A stretch of DNA of 62,331 nucleotides, the filler included. It is 5 parts of 5 records of this genome, joined end to end, with 100 filler letters (N's around TTAATTAATTAA, not from the genome) between each part and the next. Parts side by side here need not be neighbours in the genome. Positions count along the whole stretch, not along the records: positions 57,230 to 62,331 come from SRR20825010_6209; 4 more parts are not named here. One strand, written 5' to 3'. A program made the translations under genes and the position numbers. Under the pieces are notes generated by a model, which ran no database searches, was not told where the DNA came from, and worked only from the letters and a program-made list of their open reading frames with translations. Shown here piece by piece: positions 59,618-62,331 of the stretch (its first letter is position 1; every line of letters starts with the position of its first letter).

Positions 59618-60592
59618 ATGATTAAAGCAGGAATTATAGGAGGTTCGGGATATACTGGAGGAGAACTGATACGAATTTTAATAAATCACCCACAAGTAGA
59701 AATTGACTTTGTGTACAGCACCACTCGCGCTGAAAAACCAGTTACCGATGCACATGAAGACCTATTGGGGGCAACCGATTTAAAATTTACAGGAACTATC
59801 AACCCAAAAGTAGATGTACTCTTTTTATGTCTTGGTCACGGAAATTCTAAAGCTTTTTTAGATACGCATACATTTTCAGACAACACTAAGGTTATTGACT
59901 TAAGTAATGATTTTAGACTGAAAAATGATGCAACTTACAATGGGAGAAAGTTTGTTTATGGCTTACCAGAATTACAAAAAGAAGCTATTAAGAATGCAAA
60001 CAATATAGCAAATCCTGGATGCTTTGCAACAGCCATACAGCTTGCTTTGCTCCCATTGGCAAAAAATAACCTATTAACAGAAGATATTCATATCAATGCT
60101 GTTACTGGGAGTACTGGAGCTGGAGTATCTCCTTCTGCAACCTCACATTTTAGTTGGAGAAACAACAACATATCTTGGTACAAACCTTTTACACACCAAC
60201 ATTTAGGAGAGATCAATCAAAGCATTGTGAGTCTCCAAGACAACCAACCAAATATTTTTATGTTACCACAACGTGGGAATTTTACAAAAGGGATTTTTGT
60301 AACATCTTACCTTAAATTTGAAAATAGTTTGGAAGAAACTTGGAATTTATACGAGGATTTTTATGTTATAGATCCGTTCACACATTTATCGGAAAAGGAA
60401 GTTCACTTAAAACAGGTTATTAATACTAACAATTGTTTTATACATCTTCATAAGCACGAAGACGTGCTGCTAATCACTAGTGTCATAGATAATTTAATAA
60501 AAGGCGCCTCTGGACAGGCAGTACAAAACATGAACTTACTTTTCGGTTTTAATGAAAGTGACGGACTAAATTTAAAAGGAAGTTATTTCTAA
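59618..60592 (+). CDS. argC: N-acetyl-gamma-glutamyl-phosphate reductase
   Basis: GGSGYTGGEL, IANPGCFAT, DNLIKGASGQAVQNMN. Confidence 0.96.
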   Translation: MIKAGIIGGSGYTGGELIRILINHPQVEIDFVYSTTRAEKPVTDAHEDLLGATDLKFTGTINPKVDVLFLCLGHGNSKAFLDTHTFSDNTKVIDLSNDFRLKNDATYNGRKFVYGLPELQKEAIKNANNIANPGCFATAIQLALLPLAKNNLLTEDIHINAVTGSTGAGVSPSATSHFSWRNNNISWYKPFTHQHLGEINQSIVSLQDNQPNIFMLPQRGNFTKGIFVTSYLKFENSLEETWNLYEDFYVIDPFTHLSEKEVHLKQVINTNNCFIHLHKHEDVLLITSVIDNLIKGASGQAVQNMNLLFGFNESDGLNLKGSYF

Positions 60593-60610
60593 AAACTAAA
60601 AACAAAACAA

Positions 60611-61399
60611 ATGAAAGTTACCGTTATTGGATCAGGAAATCTAGGAAAATCAATCATTACCGGAATTGCATCCAGCGATTTATTTGATTCAAAGAACATC
60701 TTAGTAGCAGACAAATCAGATGAGAATCTGGAAATTATTAAAAAACAAGCTGGCGTATCTGTTACGTCCGACAATATTAAAGCAGTAAAAGAGTCTAAAT
60801 GGGTAATACTTTGTATTCAGCCTAGAATTCTTAAAATTGTTCTTAATGAAATTAAAGATCACATTACAGATGATCAAATTTTAATTTCAACCGTTACAGG
60901 AGTTTCTATTAGCGAAATCAATGAAATTGTTCCAAACAATAAAGTGATTAGAGCTATGCCAAATACTGCTGCAGTAAAACTACAATCTATGTCGTTTATC
61001 TGTGCTGATAACATAGAGCATGAAGATGTACATTTTGTAGAAAAAATGTTTGGAACCATTGGTAAAACAATGATAATTGAAGAGCGTTTAATGCAAGCTG
61101 CAACTGTACTTGGAGCTAGTAGTACTGCTTTTTTCTTACGTTTCTTACGTGCATTAACACAAGGAGGTGTACAAATGGGATTCCACCCTCACGAAGCGCA
61201 AGAAATTTCAGCACAAGTAGCTATTGGTGCAGCAGCATTAATTGAAGATGGTACACATGCCGAAGTTGAAGTAGATAATGTAACTACACCAATGGGTTGT
61301 ACTATTGAAGGATTAAATGCCATGGAGCATAACGGATTAAGTTCTGCAGTAATAAAAGGTATTATGGCAGCTTACAAAAGAATTAGTGATATTAATTAA
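60611..61399 (+). CDS. proC: Pyrroline-5-carboxylate reductase
   Basis: IGSGNLG, IRAMPNT, VTTPMGCTIEGL. Confidence 0.93.
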   Translation: MKVTVIGSGNLGKSIITGIASSDLFDSKNILVADKSDENLEIIKKQAGVSVTSDNIKAVKESKWVILCIQPRILKIVLNEIKDHITDDQILISTVTGVSISEINEIVPNNKVIRAMPNTAAVKLQSMSFICADNIEHEDVHFVEKMFGTIGKTMIIEERLMQAATVLGASSTAFFLRFLRALTQGGVQMGFHPHEAQEISAQVAIGAAALIEDGTHAEVEVDNVTTPMGCTIEGLNAMEHNGLSSAVIKGIMAAYKRISDIN

Positions 61400-61512
61400 C
61401 CTTTGTATAACTGAAAGTTAAAACGAGTTCATTAACAAATTTTATAACATTACTTAAGAACAACGTTATATACTATCAGTTTTACAAAAAATACAAACTT
61501 TCAATACAATAA

Positions 61513-62331
61513 ATGAAACTGTTTGATGTTTATCCATTATACAACGTTACTCCTGAGAAAGGAGAAGGCGTTTACGTTTACGATGAAAAAGGGCAAAAAT
61601 ATTTAGATCTTTACGGAGGTCATGCTGTTATTTCAATTGGTCATGCGCATCCTACTTATGTAGAACGAATTACCGAACAAGTAAACAAACTTGGCTTCTA
61701 CTCCAACGCCATTCAAAATCCACTTCAAGTGGAATTGGCAGAAAAGTTAGGAAGGCTTTCTAATTGCGAGGAATACAATTTATTTCTTTGTAATTCTGGA
61801 GCAGAAGCCAATGAAAATGCATTAAAATTAGCCTCTTTTCACACCAATAAAAAGCGGGTTATAGCTTTTAAAAATGCATTTCATGGAAGAACATCTGCTG
61901 CAGTAGCAGCTACAGACAATGGAGCTATCAATGCTCCAATTAATAATCAGCACAGCGTCACAACATTCCTTCCTTTTAACCAACTTCACTCTTTAGATTA
62001 TGAATTAGCGTTCGGTGACGTTTGTGCGGTTATTATAGAGCCTATTCAAGGTGTTGGAGGTTTAGACGAACCTACCACAGAATTTCTTCAAGGCGTTCAA
62101 CAATTATGTAAAAAATATAATGTTGTTTTGATTTTAGATGAAATTCAATCTGGATATGGAAGAAGCGGAAAATTCTTCGCTTTCCAACATCATGACATAG
62201 AACCTGACATAATAACAGTTGCTAAAGGTATGGGAAATGGATTTCCAATTGGAGGCGTATTAATCCATCCTAGATTTGAAGCTAAGTATGGAATGCTGGG
62301 CACCACCTTTGGGGGCAATCATTTGGCATGT
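61513..62331 (+). CDS. argD: Acetylornithine aminotransferase, 3' truncated by window edge
   Basis: MKLFDVYP, YLDLYGGHAV, CNSGAEANENA, FHGRT, DEIQSGYGR, AKGMGNGFPIG; missing from the ORF track because no stop lies in the window. Confidence 0.93.
   Translation, partial: MKLFDVYPLYNVTPEKGEGVYVYDEKGQKYLDLYGGHAVISIGHAHPTYVERITEQVNKLGFYSNAIQNPLQVELAEKLGRLSNCEEYNLFLCNSGAEANENALKLASFHTNKKRVIAFKNAFHGRTSAAVAATDNGAINAPINNQHSVTTFLPFNQLHSLDYELAFGDVCAVIIEPIQGVGGLDEPTTEFLQGVQQLCKKYNVVLILDEIQSGYGRSGKFFAFQHHDIEPDIITVAKGMGNGFPIGGVLIHPRFEAKYGMLGTTFGGNHLAC

Overview
The window is not one genomic locus. It is five contigs joined by artificial 100-bp spacers (N44-TTAATTAATTAA-N44) at 16207-16306, 27034-27133, 41945-42044 and 57130-57229, so no neighbourhood inference should cross a spacer. 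Taxonomic labels below are inferred from composition and gene style only. Contig 1 (1-16206, AT-rich, Flavobacteriaceae-like): end of an RND efflux operon, an FGE-family lipoprotein, an OsmC-family gene, an rpiB-gnd-zwf-pgl operon, a MITE-like element and a GH31-GH97-GH3-GH29 glycosidase cluster. Contig 2 (16307-27033, Betaproteobacteria-like): PhoD-like phosphatase, EamA, tadE/tadG-like pair, a His/Gly-tailed secreted protein, a PA2779-PA2778-SemiSWEET-SDR operon, ndh and acrA/acrB. Contig 3 (27134-41944, GC-rich, Alcanivorax-like): tRNA-Leu, a FecI/FecR/TonB-receptor cassette with a divergent Fur-family gene, a TetR-SDR-BVMO-patatin operon, egtBD and short repeats. Contig 4 (42045-57129, Flavobacteriaceae-like): aspS, a small secreted protein behind a six-copy 11-bp operator-like array, a TetR-TolC-MFP-RND operon, an ECF sigma pair, a prenyl synthase, crtY, a hemerythrin and a TonB receptor. 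Contig 5 (57230-62331, Flavobacteriaceae-like): arginine biosynthesis operon (GNAT, argG, argC, proC, argD). The most interesting signal is a 38-codon leader ORF absent from the ORF track (57410-57526, ending RHVRFPRRRP-stop with CGN Arg codons, embedded in RNA hairpins) just upstream of the arg operon: a candidate arginine-sensing leader peptide, preceded by tandem ARG-box-like sites.
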